The notes under the pieces were generated by a model. It had not been told where the DNA came from. It saw only the letters and a list, made by a program, of their open reading frames with translations, and ran no database searches. A stretch of 59,035 bases of DNA, counting the filler, from Catajapyx aquilonaris (Eukaryota): assembly GCA_000934665.2 (NCBI GenBank). It is 4 parts of 4 records of this genome, joined end to end, with 100 filler letters (N's around TTAATTAATTAA, not from the genome) between each part and the next. Parts side by side here need not be neighbours in the genome. Positions count along the whole stretch, not along the records: positions 1 to 14,697 come from JYFJ02007715.1; positions 14,798 to 29,489 come from JYFJ02007716.1; 2 more parts are not named here. One strand, written 5' to 3'. How positions within the stretch are numbered: the stretch's first letter is position 1; the number at the start of each line of letters is the position of its first letter. Position numbers and translations under genes: made by a program. Of the stretch, positions 12,301-24,722 are shown one piece after another.

Positions 12301-12659
12301 GTGGCACTGGGAAGATGCAGCCAGTCGAACCAGTACGTCACTGGTGAGGTGTGGTTGACGATGGGGTCATCTTGAGGAACTTCTTCGGTCGCACTTTCTT
12401 CTCCAGAATGATGTGCATTATCGATAAGCAAATTTAATCGCCTTTCTTTTGCCAACATTTCCAGTAGCCCCGTGAGAAAATTAGGCAAGGCGTAATAATC
12501 GTGGGAAACAACCAAGAGGCAGGATTCATCTAGCTGTGAAACTATGCTCATCAATAGATTTGCATTACTGTATGAGGTGAGGTTGTCAGCGTCGTAGGTG
12601 ATAAAATCTGCAAACGCAATTTTTGGTGCAAGAAATAAAATAACTATGACTCCGATCAT
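9302..12659 (-). CDS. Divergent ionotropic receptor IR-B, tandem paralog of IR-A, 3 exons, ~656 aa
   Basis: Exons 12659-12124, 11717-10884, 9902-9302. Exons 1 and 2 have the same lengths as in IR-A (536, 834 nt), with the same intron phases and IR motifs. Confidence 0.93.
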
Positions 12660-13889
12660 GCTGAGTTGGAATACGAAGCAATGAGCAGCCGTTCAAAGAG
12701 AATGGCTACACTTTAAATGAACTCAGAGTGACCTTTATAAATGTTTTATCATGTCACCAGCAGGTCATTAAATATTCATTAATATTGCGCCAGGCTTAAT
12801 CAGATATTGACAGTGCTTTTAGTGCGTATTTAGGATTGTTATTGCCAAATTATAGGATAATAATCGATGTAAACACTCTGAATATTTAAATTCATTCAAT
12901 GAGTCCGTCAACTCCCATGATAGCCCTGTGTCATCTTAAGATGCCTTTTTTTTCTACCGACTGTTATTCATTCATACTCAATGATGATGGATTTTGATTG
13001 TGAAAGGAAACTGGAGAAGCCATAAAAATTCAATCGAATACCCATCAAAACTTATTTCTTCACATCAGGACACTTCGGGATGGGAAAAATGTGTTGGCAC
13101 AACGAGAGTTGTCATATCGGAAGTTAATAAAACAGTGCGAAAAACCAGAGTCAAAGGCGGGAAAAATATTTTTCAACCGTTATTATTTATTTTGTAATGA
13201 GGAATGTACTTGTGATTACGCAGAGAAATAATAAATATCAGGCTGTTCACGTTGTGCAACACAAAGGTCAGTGTGCTACATAGAGACGAATACATGCTAT
13301 AAAATGATCATTAGTGAGATTTCTAGATAATTAATACTTATGACAACAGTTATGGCATCACTGACATAACTTCTAGGAACCTACTGTATACTGACAAATT
13401 GCCCTCATTGCCGAAATATAATATTTTTGGCATTATTTTTCCGTTTTCAGTGTCGAGCCCAACAAGCATGTCTGCACTTGCATCAGTGTTGGTAAGTGCT
13501 CAAGAAAGGGTATGTTCTCCACAAAAGCAATCCAGGTTTAGAATATTAAGCAGTGCATGGGAACGTGTTGACCACAGCAACATTGCCTGGAGTGGTCTCA
13601 CAGTTAGTTATGGATGCAATACTCTCGTGAATCAGTCGAAATATGAATGATGCAAATATTAAAAGCGCAGTTACATGCGTATAAGTGAATGAGAAAAGCA
13701 GGATGCATGAAACTAGATGATTTAATAATTGAGACTTATACTGTACATGTATATACGAGTACATATAGCAATCAAGTTAGTATTTATCGGCGAATATTAT
13801 ATGCAGAGATGCCGAGAGTAATAATGTTATATGACTGCATTTCAGGTAAGTTAACTCAATTTTTCACCGCAAGAAAGTACAGTAGTACA

Positions 13890-14126
13890 CATTTAATTGA
13901 TATTTAAGGAGGTTGGCCCAGCATTTTCCATTCAACCTCCAAGGATAGGGAAGGAAGGAAGCGGCTGTGGCCTTTTATACGGAAGCGACCCCGGAATTAT
14001 CCTAGAAAGACCGTGGAAAACCACAGAAAACCACGGTCAAGGTTGCCGGCCCCGGGATTCGAACCCAGGACCTCCCGATTAGCAGTCGGACGCCTTATCC
14101 ACTATGCCAACCTGCTTCGGTAGTAT
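13890..14126 (-). mobile_element. tRNA-derived SINE with 9-bp TSD
   Basis: Minus-strand head TGGCATAGTGG (A box), GGTTCGAATCC (B box), body GGTTTTCTGTGGTTTTCC...AAGGCCACAGCCGCTTCCTTCC. Flanked by AGTAGTACA (13881-13889, 14127-14135); single copy at the paralogous site 9017-9025. Confidence 0.85.
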
Positions 14127-14289
14127 AGTAGTACAGTATACGTATAATTACGTACATATAAAGTAATGTGTCCGACTACGAGTGCAATAACATTGAATCA
14201 ATGGTGACGTGTGTTACAAGTACTTTATATTTGGGAATAACTAACGAAAAGCACTTTTCTTCAGGCGAACTGCAGTGATACTGTACGTA

Positions 14290-14435
14290 CCATGAGGCTC
14301 AAATTGTTTTGGCCAATTTATCCTGGTCTTGAAGCAACCGTTCGCACAGGCCCCATGGTGAGGAGGTGTGTGTCTGTGTGAAGGGTTGCTTCAAGACCAG
14401 GATAAAGTGGCCAAAACAATATTTGAGCCCCATAG
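14290..14435. mobile_element. Small hairpin MITE flanked by TA
   Basis: ~55-bp inverted arms (ggctcaaattgttttggccaatttatcctggtcttgaagcaacc / ggttgcttcaagaccaggataaagtggccaaaacaatatttgagcc). Absent from the paralogous flank near 9150. Confidence 0.85.
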
Positions 14436-14550
14436 TACATAGAGGGTCGCCGTCAAGAGACATACGCACGAGTATACCTGCAGAGGCATATTATATGCAG
14501 CTTGGCAACGACTGGCTTCTCGACTGAATATTTTTGCTTGGTATACATTC

Positions 14551-14599
14551 TCACCAACATCTCTTTTTGCGTCTCTCCCTACACGTGACAATTTTCTCA
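14551..14599 (-). pseudogene. C-terminal remnant of a third IR-B-like gene
   Basis: Encodes EKIVTCRERRKKRCW-stop versus IR-B EKIVACRERRKKRCW-stop. 13850-14550 resembles the IR-B 3' flank 8995-9300. Homology stops about 100 bp before the gap. Confidence 0.75.
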
Positions 14600-14697
14600 G
14601 TGTTAGGCATTATACAGACAGGTGGCAGCACCTCTCGGAGTAAAACAAAAGAAATAAAGTGAGTAGCAAAGATGGCGTAGTGTATCATTCAGCAGTT

Positions 14698-14797
14698 NNN
14701 NNNNNNNNNNNNNNNNNNNNNNNNNNNNNNNNNNNNNNNNNTTAATTAATTAANNNNNNNNNNNNNNNNNNNNNNNNNNNNNNNNNNNNNNNNNNNN
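14698..14797. other. Assembly spacer (100 N with TTAATTAATTAA six-frame-stop linker)
   Basis: N run with central linker. Confidence 0.98.
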
Positions 14798-15059
14798 TTT
14801 CTTTCTTTTAAATAAGCAACTCATGAAGCTGCTGTGTGCAATCAATCAGCGCACTTTTTCTTATAAATGCGAAAATCTCAATTCTTGACAGTCTTAGAAA
14901 TTTGGTAAAAATAGCAAAAGGACCATTTTTGTAATAAATACAGTACCATGCATTTCCTCTTCAGCACTGTTAGTCATCCCATCAGACAGTGTCTATTTAG
15001 ATAACTCTGTTCATGGATCATTCTGGGACTGATTAGGGCCTATATTTGGCCCCATTGCG

Positions 15060-15545
15060 TACTTTCAAGGCGCACATGCGTTCCTTCAAATGCAATTATT
15101 TTCCTTAAATCAAAAAAGTCCTCCTGAGATTTTTTTCTATGTGAGGGAAATGGTCTGAGCTACAACATTATTTAAAAATCGGATTTTTAAAATAGGCGGA
15201 TTTTTTTTTAAAAAAATTTGAAATTTTGAAAATGGGACAAAATTTTCAAAAAAGTCAAAATGCGCATTTTCAATCCTTAGTGAGATTGGGCTCTCGAATC
15301 TCTTCAAAGGGAGCGGTCTATGACATCTGTAGCTCAATTGGTTCACGAGATATGACCGATTTCTGAAACCCTACCTTCCGAAAAGGACGTTTTTTTCGGT
15401 GGGCCTATCTCCGGGGAGGGGGGGTAAATCTCAAAACCGCGCAAATGGTATTTTTGAAAGACGTAATTAAAGCGATTCGCCGATTTTCGTCAAAATCTGA
15501 CAACCCAAGGGTCAGGGGGCTCGGTGAATTGACATGGAATGACCC
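15060..15545. mobile_element. Partial non-autonomous DNA transposon, right end ...gtgaattgacatggaatgaccc
   Basis: Terminus is the reverse complement of a GGGTCATTCCATGTCAA-type TIR, with A/T-run-rich internal sequence. Left TIR not found and left boundary approximate. Confidence 0.4.
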
Positions 15546-15866
15546 AAGTGCGAATTCTATCCTGGTTTGGTGGATTTAATTAGATTTCACGCTGTTTTGA
15601 CACGTTTGTAAAGAGTGAAAAAAATGTAATTGACAAATTTTTTGGCAATAATTAATGTTGAATACAGGATCAAATTGAGCCTGATATTTTTTTTTGTAAT
15701 TATATTTCTCCCAAAGTACTTTTCTACGCATGCTGTGTATTGTAAATTGATCAGTTGCAACCTGTACGTTTGATATCTCTTAATATTAATTAAGAAGAGA
15801 TAAGAAAGTGTTAATCATTGTAATATTTTAATGAAAATTTAATACTGGTTAAATTAATTGGTGAAA

Positions 15867-16186
15867 TCTATATAAATAAAGCCGTTTGTGAGTCAGTCAG
15901 TCTGTCTCTCTGTCTGTCTGTCCGCCTGCCAACCGTCATTTGTCTGCCATCTGTGCTCCACCCCCAGGCCGGGAGAGGATGGCGGTGTTGGGGGCTGACT
16001 ACAGATGGCAGCAAGCAAATGACGGTTGCCGTTATACAGGCGGGAAAGGTTCAAGGTGTTGGAGTAGCAGGACCACAGATGGCATTGGTGGCCGGACACA
16101 CAGAAAGACAGACAGTTGACGGGGGTACTGGCAGGTGTTTTCCCTTCAATCATTTCTTCCCGGGCAACGCCGGGTGCCGTAGCTAG
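15867..16186 (+). mobile_element. Non-autonomous Helitron
   Basis: 5' TCTATATAAATAAA followed by a (TCTG)n tract; 3' hairpin CCCGGGCAACGCCGGG then CTAG; inserted between A and T with no TSD. Confidence 0.88.
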
Positions 16187-17278
16187 TATTTTATAAAGTG
16201 AAAAATTAATTGGTGAAATATTTCATAAAGTGAAAAATTAATTGGTGAATGACCGCTTAAACATAAAAAGTAACATAACTCAATAATATTGTAATAAACT
16301 TTGTAAAAATTATATAAATATTAATAAGTTAATAAAGGGGGGGCATATGTAAGGTACTGGCTTCACCATGATCAACAACAATGCGTGTTACAATATTACT
16401 ATTCTTATCAGTTTGTATGAATGACTACTTAAATATTTAAATATACATACGATATTTTATGCTTAATCTATATTGTATGATGATGCAACCAACCTTACAA
16501 CTGGCATTTTGACACAAATCTAGAATTAATCTGCGATAGGCCTTAAATAAAATCTACTGATTCATTACACCGTGTTTTAATATCCGCTCCATTTACTCCG
16601 CAACAATCCGAGTGAAAGCGTTACAGTCGTAAATAACTATTACATATAGCTTCGAAACAAACAATAAAAAATACATTATGTCCATCAAGCCTAGTGCATT
16701 TTCATGTACCGCAATTAGTGTGAGAGTCATACTTCACTTCATTGACTCTCCCCCATTTTCAAACGGGTACAAAGAGCTAATTTGTTGTAACAGCTATCGA
16801 CAATAGCCTTCACTGCTATCGACCGTTTCGAAAAGTTGTGTAATTCTCCAGTAGATGTCGGGTAATCCCAGTACGACACAGAATACTGCCAGCATTTTGG
16901 CTCAATCTGGTGGCAATCCCGCGAACTTTTTCCGAGGCGGAAAACTGTCCGTTAAAATGGGGGCGGTTAATTGGCAAGAAACCCGACGCAATAATCGTCA
17001 AATGTAACGACCACCATTGTTTCTGAGTAGAGTTTTAGCTTGAATATAAGTTTAAGCCCCCCCAGGTTTCTATCTGGAGGGGCAGGTCAACCGTGAACCA
17101 GTCGTAAAACGAGCAGTTTAAGCCGCAATATAGTCTGGTAATTAAAAGGACTCGAATGACACCGGTTTTAACAACCGGTTTGTCTTTTGGTGCCAAAGAA
17201 CCGTTTGTATTATGCAATGGCATAAACTGGGAGTAAATTGGCCCATTTTTCGACACTAACCGACCGTTTTAATTCAAT

Positions 17279-19713
17279 CAGTTAACTGCCGGTTTTACGC
17301 CAAATATTTCCAGGGATATGCCTACATGTAATATTTATAAAACCAACTCGCAGCGGATTCCGTTCTTCGTACAGCAGACTGATAAAATTTAGTAAAACAT
17401 ATGTATGAAATGTGTAGTACCGGTAAATGGACATACGAGGAAACAAACTTGTCCTTTTATATATGTGGCAGATTCTGTACATTAACTGGCGTTATGTAAT
17501 TTACTCTCAGTTAATGTTGAAAAACCTGTCGTACGGTCAAATGATATTATGCAAAATGTGTATGAAATGGGTAGAAAATTGACCTAAATATTATTTTTCA
17601 TAATATTCAGTACATTAACCAGCGGTATATAATTAACAGTCAGTTAATGTTGAAAACGCGGGTTTTCGCAATATACCAGTGTATAATTATCTCACCTCTC
17701 AAAAAAATAACTGCTGGCAATATATTTAGTGAAAAACCTTTGCACTGCTTACACTCAATTACTGGGGGATGAACTGCAAGGAGATTTTACTGCGGCATAA
17801 ACCATCGGTTTTATGGGGTGGACAGCTTTTGCCTGCAAATTAAATTCAGTTTTGCACGGAAGGCACCCCCCCCCCACCACCCTCTTTTTGCATGATAAAA
17901 AAATTTCATAACTGCAACCCTATACATGGCTCTTGCGTTTATTGTTGAGCATACGTGCACTTTTTTTTCCATGCAAAGTAAACAGAAAATTACGCAGGCC
18001 TACAAAGTGCTTATGGGAATTCGTTTTTACGAAGCAGGAGTGACCGGTTGTGTTTGCAAATAAAAAAAATGGCATGAATCAGAAATGAAATTTTGCACAA
18101 CGAAACAATGAGCTACAATGAACAGAACTGGGGGGAAAATTAAAATTTAAACAACAGAGAATAATAGATCCAACAATTTTTGCAACTATTTCTAAAAAAA
18201 ATTATGAGATATTTGGGAGGGCGACTATGAGGAAGGTGCTCCCATCTATGTGAAAGATCTGGCACTACGTCCACGGCTAGGACAGTGTTGCCGATATATT
18301 TTCATTCAAATAATTCATTCCGTACCGTTTCACTTTTTTAAAAAATATATATAATCAGATTAGGGTGGGATATGTGCCTCTGTCCACAGCCAGGGCAGTG
18401 TTGCCAAATGTTTTATTCAAATAAGTCATTATGTACCTCTTGACTATTGAAATTTTGTTTAAATCACATTGGGGTGGGATCTGCGCCTCTGTTTGTCCAC
18501 GGTTAGGGCAGTGTTGCCAAAAAATTCTTTCAAATAATTCATTATGTACAGTCTCTTGAGTATTTAAATTCATTTAATCAGATTGGGGTTTGTGCCTCTG
18601 TTTGTCCACGGCCAGGGCAGTGTTGCTAAATTTCTCCCCCCACAAAATTTCTCGAACTTTCTTCGTGGCTATAAAATTCAAAAGAACACGCTACCTTAAT
18701 CTAGCTAACCCAGAAGAAAAAAAAGGCGGTTTTGCACCATAACAAAATTTGTGCCTGTAGCTGTCGTATTAAAATTAATGCTTTGCCATAAAATTTTACG
18801 GTCGGCATGTACTTTACTAGGTGATAAAATTATTATCATTCATCAGCGCCCCCCCCCTCCCCCCGAGAAAAAAATTTTTGGCGAAGGGCTGCATTTTACT
18901 ACCAACCCCACGATTCGTATATACGGATTTCAAACAGCCAATAGGGACATCTTTCCTTGTCTTCTTCTTTTCATTTTTTTTTGTCAGCCTCCCCCCCCCA
19001 TATTTTGATGGCCCTCCCATCTTCATTCCACACCCTATTCCCAACTATTATCCCTAATGGAACAATGATAATCACTGTGACAAGTTATTAGGAATTATGG
19101 GCCCGGTTGTAAAGCAGGCTTCCCCCCCCGGAAAAGCCTTTTCCGAATTATAAAGCCCTCAATCCCTGTGAATTTTTGATGACGTTGCTGCTGTCCCATC
19201 AAAGTGTCAGTCCGATGGGAAGGACAATCCACACTGAGCCTATTAATAGAGAGGTTCACACTATGCGATTAAATAGATGGGGGTGATTGTCCACTCTAGC
19301 AACCTGGTTTGCAACTGTTGAATATATTCAACGGGGCTCTTCTGGAGCCTTATCATTACCCTCATGAATTGCCAAAAAAATGGCCCACTTCTTTAAAAAC
19401 TGGTTTGATTTATGACCCACCTTTAGGAAGCTAAAGTTCGGCCCGGTTCTGAAATACGGGGGGAATAAAAATATGGTCCGGTGCACTTAGCTGTTCTTGG
19501 CCCTCCTTTTTTTTTTTGGGGGGGGGGGGGAAAAGGAGGACACAAGTTGACGAATTTTAGGGTACACTTGGTATGGGCCTAGACGTAATACGGGTTTTAA
19601 ACTAGGTTTTACTTACAGTACAACCGGCACGGCACAACGTAGGCTATACCTCCAAATGTCCTTCTCTCCTTCACATCCCTGGTAATATTTGGCGTAAAAC
19701 CGGCAGTTAACTG
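17279..19713. repeat. Pair of ~39-bp inverted repeats 2.4 kb apart (transposon termini)
   Basis: cagttaactgccggttttacgccaaatatttccagggat (17279-17317) versus atccctggtaatatttggcgtaaaaccggcagttaactg (19675-19713), one mismatch. Confidence 0.7.
18269..18630. repeat. Diverged ~113-bp tandem repeat, ~3.2 copies
   Basis: Units start gtccacRgyyaggRcagtgttgc at about 18269, 18382, 18495, 18604. Confidence 0.85.
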
Positions 19714-19919
19714 GTTCAGTACTATTTATCTGCACATTTCATAAAATAATAATGACAGGAAATAAATTACATAATTTTATACAATAATTATTACAACTAT
19801 AAAGGGCATAAACAATGACAACTGCCCAACAAGCAGATGGGGAATTTCTGAGGTAATATGAGAAAATAAACTTATAGTAGACTACTTTTGATAATCAATA
19901 ATTATTGGTTATACCTTTT

Positions 19920-20465
19920 ATAACTAATAATAATTTTGTAACTAATATCACTCCATAGCTGAGAATATCATTCATTAGCTACTAATATTTGATAACTAAT
20001 ATATTGTAGCTAATGCTGTATGTTGTAACTAATATGTCACAGACAATAATATTTATAACTAATATTAAGTTGACTCTAATAATAGCCTTCATAGCTAATA
20101 ACAGTTTTTAACTATAGTGTTTTAGCCAATATTTTAATTTTAAAATTTCATAGCTAATAACATTTTAGCTAAAATATTTCATAGCCAATAAAATTGTAGC
20201 TAAAATATTTCATAGCTAATAATATTGTAGCTAATATTTCATAGCTAATATTTTAACTAAAATATTTCATAGCTAATAAAATTGTAGTTAATATTTCATA
20301 GCTAATATTTTAACTAAATTATTTCATAGAGCTATGAAATATTTTAGCATATTAGCTATTAAAGATTTTGGTTGGAATATTAGCTCTAATATTTTAACCA
20401 AAATATCATAGCTAATAACATTTTAGCTCAAACATATTTCGTAGCTAATATTTTGATAACTAATA
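19920..20465. repeat. AT-rich minisatellite built from tagctaata/atatttcatagc units
   Basis: Dozens of imperfect agctaata/aactaata copies. Confidence 0.85.
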
Positions 20466-21897
20466 GTAAGACTTTTTGTAAGTGATTTGTTTTCGGTTGG
20501 TATTATCCCCGAAACTGTGGAGTCCTAATCAGTGGTTAAGTGAGAGGGTGGAAGGAGGGGGGATTGCAAAGTGCCAGTCGCACACAGCTAGGAGGCAATG
20601 GAAATGGGGGAAGGAGTGGGGAGAATGGGGAGAATGGGGGAAGGAGGAGGGGTTGAAAGTGGCACAAGATTCGCCGGCAAGCAACTTTGATGTCTGCCAA
20701 GTCCACAAGGCCCTGCGCTGCTGTCATGGCCTCGGGGGCTCCCTAAGACTCCACCAGCTAAATTAGTTTTTGAAGATGCCTGCCCCCCCCCCCCCCNCCC
20801 CCCCCCCCCCCCCTTCCTTCCAAAAAAGGGAGAGGGGGGGATAACTCTTGTTAGCCCCCTCCTTCCCCCCACAAGTTTAATTTCATATCAACCGCTTTTC
20901 AATCTCTTGCCATGTTGGTGGTTCAAATCGGATCCAGTTAGTGCAGTGTAATCTGCTTTTTTTTATTATTAAGTAGTACCATACCTTTCACATAGATGTC
21001 TCACCGCGGACAAACAGAGGCACAAATTACATCTAGTGGCCCCTCCTGATTTGAGTGACTTTGAAGTAAAACGGGAGTTTCCCCGACCGTCCCGGAAGAA
21101 AGAAGAAGAAAAAAAAAAAGTTTGTGCCCGGAGTTTGAAAGTCGGCGAGATCATCAATCAGACTCCGGGGCCAGCCTCCCGGATCTCCCACAATGACCAA
21201 AAAGCTTTGGAAAAACAGGGTGGGGGGGGGAGAAAACCCTCCTTTAGGACACACAAAAAAATATATAAGAGAAGGGCTATCGAAAGCTTGAATCTTCCTA
21301 CAGGGAATTGAAGCTTCTCCTGGCAACCTTGCTAGAAAAGGAGCTGGATAAACCCCGCCCACTCTTCTTCTTCTTCTTCTTCTTATTCCTTCCTTCCTCC
21401 TTCGCATCTTAACGTCCGTCCAGGCCTATATTTTGTAAAGTAGGTTTTTATCAGGGACACCTCCTAAATGGAACCTGTCCGGAGTGATGATTGATCGAGT
21501 TCATATTCGTTAAGGTAGAAGAGAGATCAGAAGACTCCATAAAATATCCCCTCGACAGTTTTTTTTTTTTTTTGTTTTCTCTCAAAAATTTCCATCCTTC
21601 TTTTTTTTTTTAAAAAAAAGGAGCTGAAGTGTGTGGCCAAAGAACTGTTTAACTTGGCAAACATTGGAGCAGGGACACTCTGTCAGGGAGGGTTGACAAG
21701 GTGCCCAACACCTACTATCAATCTGGGAGGGGTTTGGAAGGGAGAAGGGGAGGGGCCAGAGGCGGGGCCAGGGTTTTGCCGCCAATTTAAAAAAAATATG
21801 ATTTGGCCGAGTACGGTCCGATTATGAATTAAAATTTAGGTTAGGTCCATCAGATTTGATTAGTATTCGTTATTATTTACATGATTTATATTATTGA

Positions 21898-22017
21898 GAA
21901 TATTTATTGGATCAATTCATTTCAGAATATTTTTATTGGATTAATTCATTTTAGTATTTTATTAGATCAATTCATTTCAGAATATTTATTGGATTAATTC
22001 ATTTCAGGATTTTATTG
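21898..22017. repeat. ~27-bp tandem repeat, ~4.5 copies
   Basis: tatttattggatcaattcatttcagaa repeated. Confidence 0.85.
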
Positions 22018-23608
22018 GTTTACTGGTTATATCAACATAAATATAACATTATGCAATTTTATTATTTTACAATAACGACATCACATTCTTTTCTATATTT
22101 TTGACATTAATAAATTATTATGCTTTTATTTGATTGTACTTGACTTTACCTGGTCGTTTCGTTTTAATTTTTTAAATTAATTGATTCGTTTTTGTACTTT
22201 TAATAACCAATGATGAGGGCTTCCCAATTAATTAATAAACAGCTCACTGATCATCCTGGTTCAGGCCATTAAGGGTACCTCGTCTGAACGGGGCCAATCG
22301 CGCCCGGATCGTTCCGGAATATTCCAGCTCGTTCCCCCGCAATGTTGAAAGCAGGTGTGTAATCCAAAGACTAACTTGATATTTCTGTGAGCCAACGAGA
22401 GGAAACGCCCTGCTTATCCCCCACAAGCCTGAGGGCAATTCAGGTATTATAAATGTTCAACCGGCGCAAAGATGAGATTGCGTTTCATAAAAAATGGATT
22501 CTCTTGGCCTGGTTGGTGGTCCCATCGTGTCACCTGCTCATTTGCTGGCTTCCCACAACGCTGCGGTTACGAGCTTGGATTACAACGCACACACACACTC
22601 ATACCCACACCCATACATATACACACATAACTAAAATAACAGAGTCATGGAGACAAAACCGCTCGTTTAACGTTTTAACGCTGGAATTTTCGACAAATAA
22701 AAAGTCCTAACTGAAGTTGTACCATTTCAGGTTAGAATGTACTGAAATCATACATTTTAAAATAAAATTGCCCCAAAAAATTATGTAATACAATATTTGA
22801 ATCGCTTACATCCCACTTTTCCAAAAATAATGTTGACGTGAAGCGAGCATTTCAAGTGCAACAGACTCATCCGTCACTCCTAATCTGCTTAGACATCACT
22901 CCAGCCCCTGTTGCACCAAACAAACTTTGCTTCCTTTGATCTTAAACCAAAAACCTCACCTTTTTCACAGAAAATCCTTCTGAAGATCCCTCAGAGAAAT
23001 ATATATATACACAAAACGTCTCTCTCGATTTGTCTCACCAAAAAAAATTGAGCATCCGTTTTAGAAAAATCATGGCTTGGATGTCTGTCTATGTCGCAAA
23101 AATCCTTCATATCTGGTCGCTTGTTGTCGAGTTAATACGATGTTTACCAGGGGCTTTTGGGGAGGACCTGTGGGTGGCGGTAGGGGGCAGCTTTTGTGAC
23201 CACGGGCTCCATACCCATCCACCCACTGACTATACACACACACCCCCGTGTTTGGCCGTCTGTTTTGAGGCCACATAATCATGCAAATGCTTTCCAGTAT
23301 AACCCTCCCACTGACACACTTCCAAGCGTGTAAAACTTTCAAGCCCCGGTTACATGAGCCCAACATTGATTGTATGGGGGAGGAGGGGGGAAAACACACC
23401 CACTACTGCCCTCCCAGTATGTGGAAAAAATTTTGAGGTCCTTCTGCCCTAAAGAATTTGTTGGCCAATTTTTCAGGCAATTTCTTGCTCAAAGAATGAG
23501 TTCTAAATGAATCTGCGACGAGTTTAGGCATTTATCACTTCGATCAACATTTAATTTATTTTTATTACTTTTTATTTTATTTTATTCAGTTCATTATCAT
23601 ATCATATA

Positions 23609-23743
23609 CAGTTGAATCCGGATATAGGAGACTCGAAACGGCCTTGTAATGGCCTGTGACCCTGTGTATTTGTCTATAACATACCTCGGTTATAGTAGTC
23701 ATTTCTGCGGTCCCTTTCAGCCTATTACATCCGGAGTCTACTG
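23609..23743. mobile_element. pogo/Tigger-like MITE
   Basis: TA|cagttgaatccggatata ... tacatccggagtctactg|TA imperfect TIRs. Confidence 0.65.
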
Positions 23744-24259
23744 TAGACTATTATATTAAATTGGTTGACTAGTATTTTATTTATTATCATTAATTACAAT
23801 GTTATTTCGCTTTCATCATTTCATTTTTAGGAATTGTTTTTAAGGTATTTATTGTATTTATTTAGTTAATTATATTTATGATTGATTTGTTAATTTTTAT
23901 TTTGGTTATTTTATTTTAAGAGCATAATGAACTTATTATAATGTATTATTATATATTACATATTATTTCATTAATTAAAACTAATAATTAACAAATCAAT
24001 AATATAAATAATTAGCTAAATAAATACACTAAAGAAATACACTAGTAAATACACTAAATAATAAATGCAATAAATTAATACACTAAATAATAAATACCGT
24101 AACAATAAAATAATCATAAAAATATTAACTTTAAAAATCTAAAACTGTAGTAAATTTGATTTGATTTACTATTCTGCATGTTGGAATATTATAATAATAT
24201 GTTATTTATAGTTTTATTCATTTAATGTTATTATTTCATTAATTTGATATCATTTAACT

Positions 24260-24722
24260 AATTTTATTTATTTATTTATTTATTATTTATTTAATGCTAT
24301 ATATTATTTATTTAATGTTATATTCATTATTTAATGTTATATTCATTATTTATTTAATATATTATTTATTTAATGTTATATTCATTATTTATTTAATATA
24401 TTATTTATTTAATGCTATATTCATTATTTATTTAATGTTATATTCATTATTTATTTAATGTTATATTCATAATTTATTTAATGCTATATTCATTATTTAT
24501 TTAATATATTATTTATTTAATGCTATATTCATTATTTATTTAATATATTATTTTCTAAATATTATATTAATTTAATGTCATATTTATTATTTATTTAATA
24601 TAATATTTTCTAAATATTATATTAATTTAATGTTATATTTATTATTTATTTAATGCTAGATTTTGTTAAATATTATATTTATTATTTATTTGATGTTATA
24701 TTTTGTTAAATATTATATTTAT
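24260..24722. repeat. AT-rich ~23-bp minisatellite
   Basis: ttatattcattatttatttaatg repeated many times. Confidence 0.9.

Noticed and set aside
14742..14753. TTAATTAATTAA as a biological motif
   Set aside because: Identical in all three N runs; a six-frame stop linker.
18269..18630. CRISPR-like array
   Set aside because: Eukaryotic context; whole units are homologous (no unique spacers); no cas genes.
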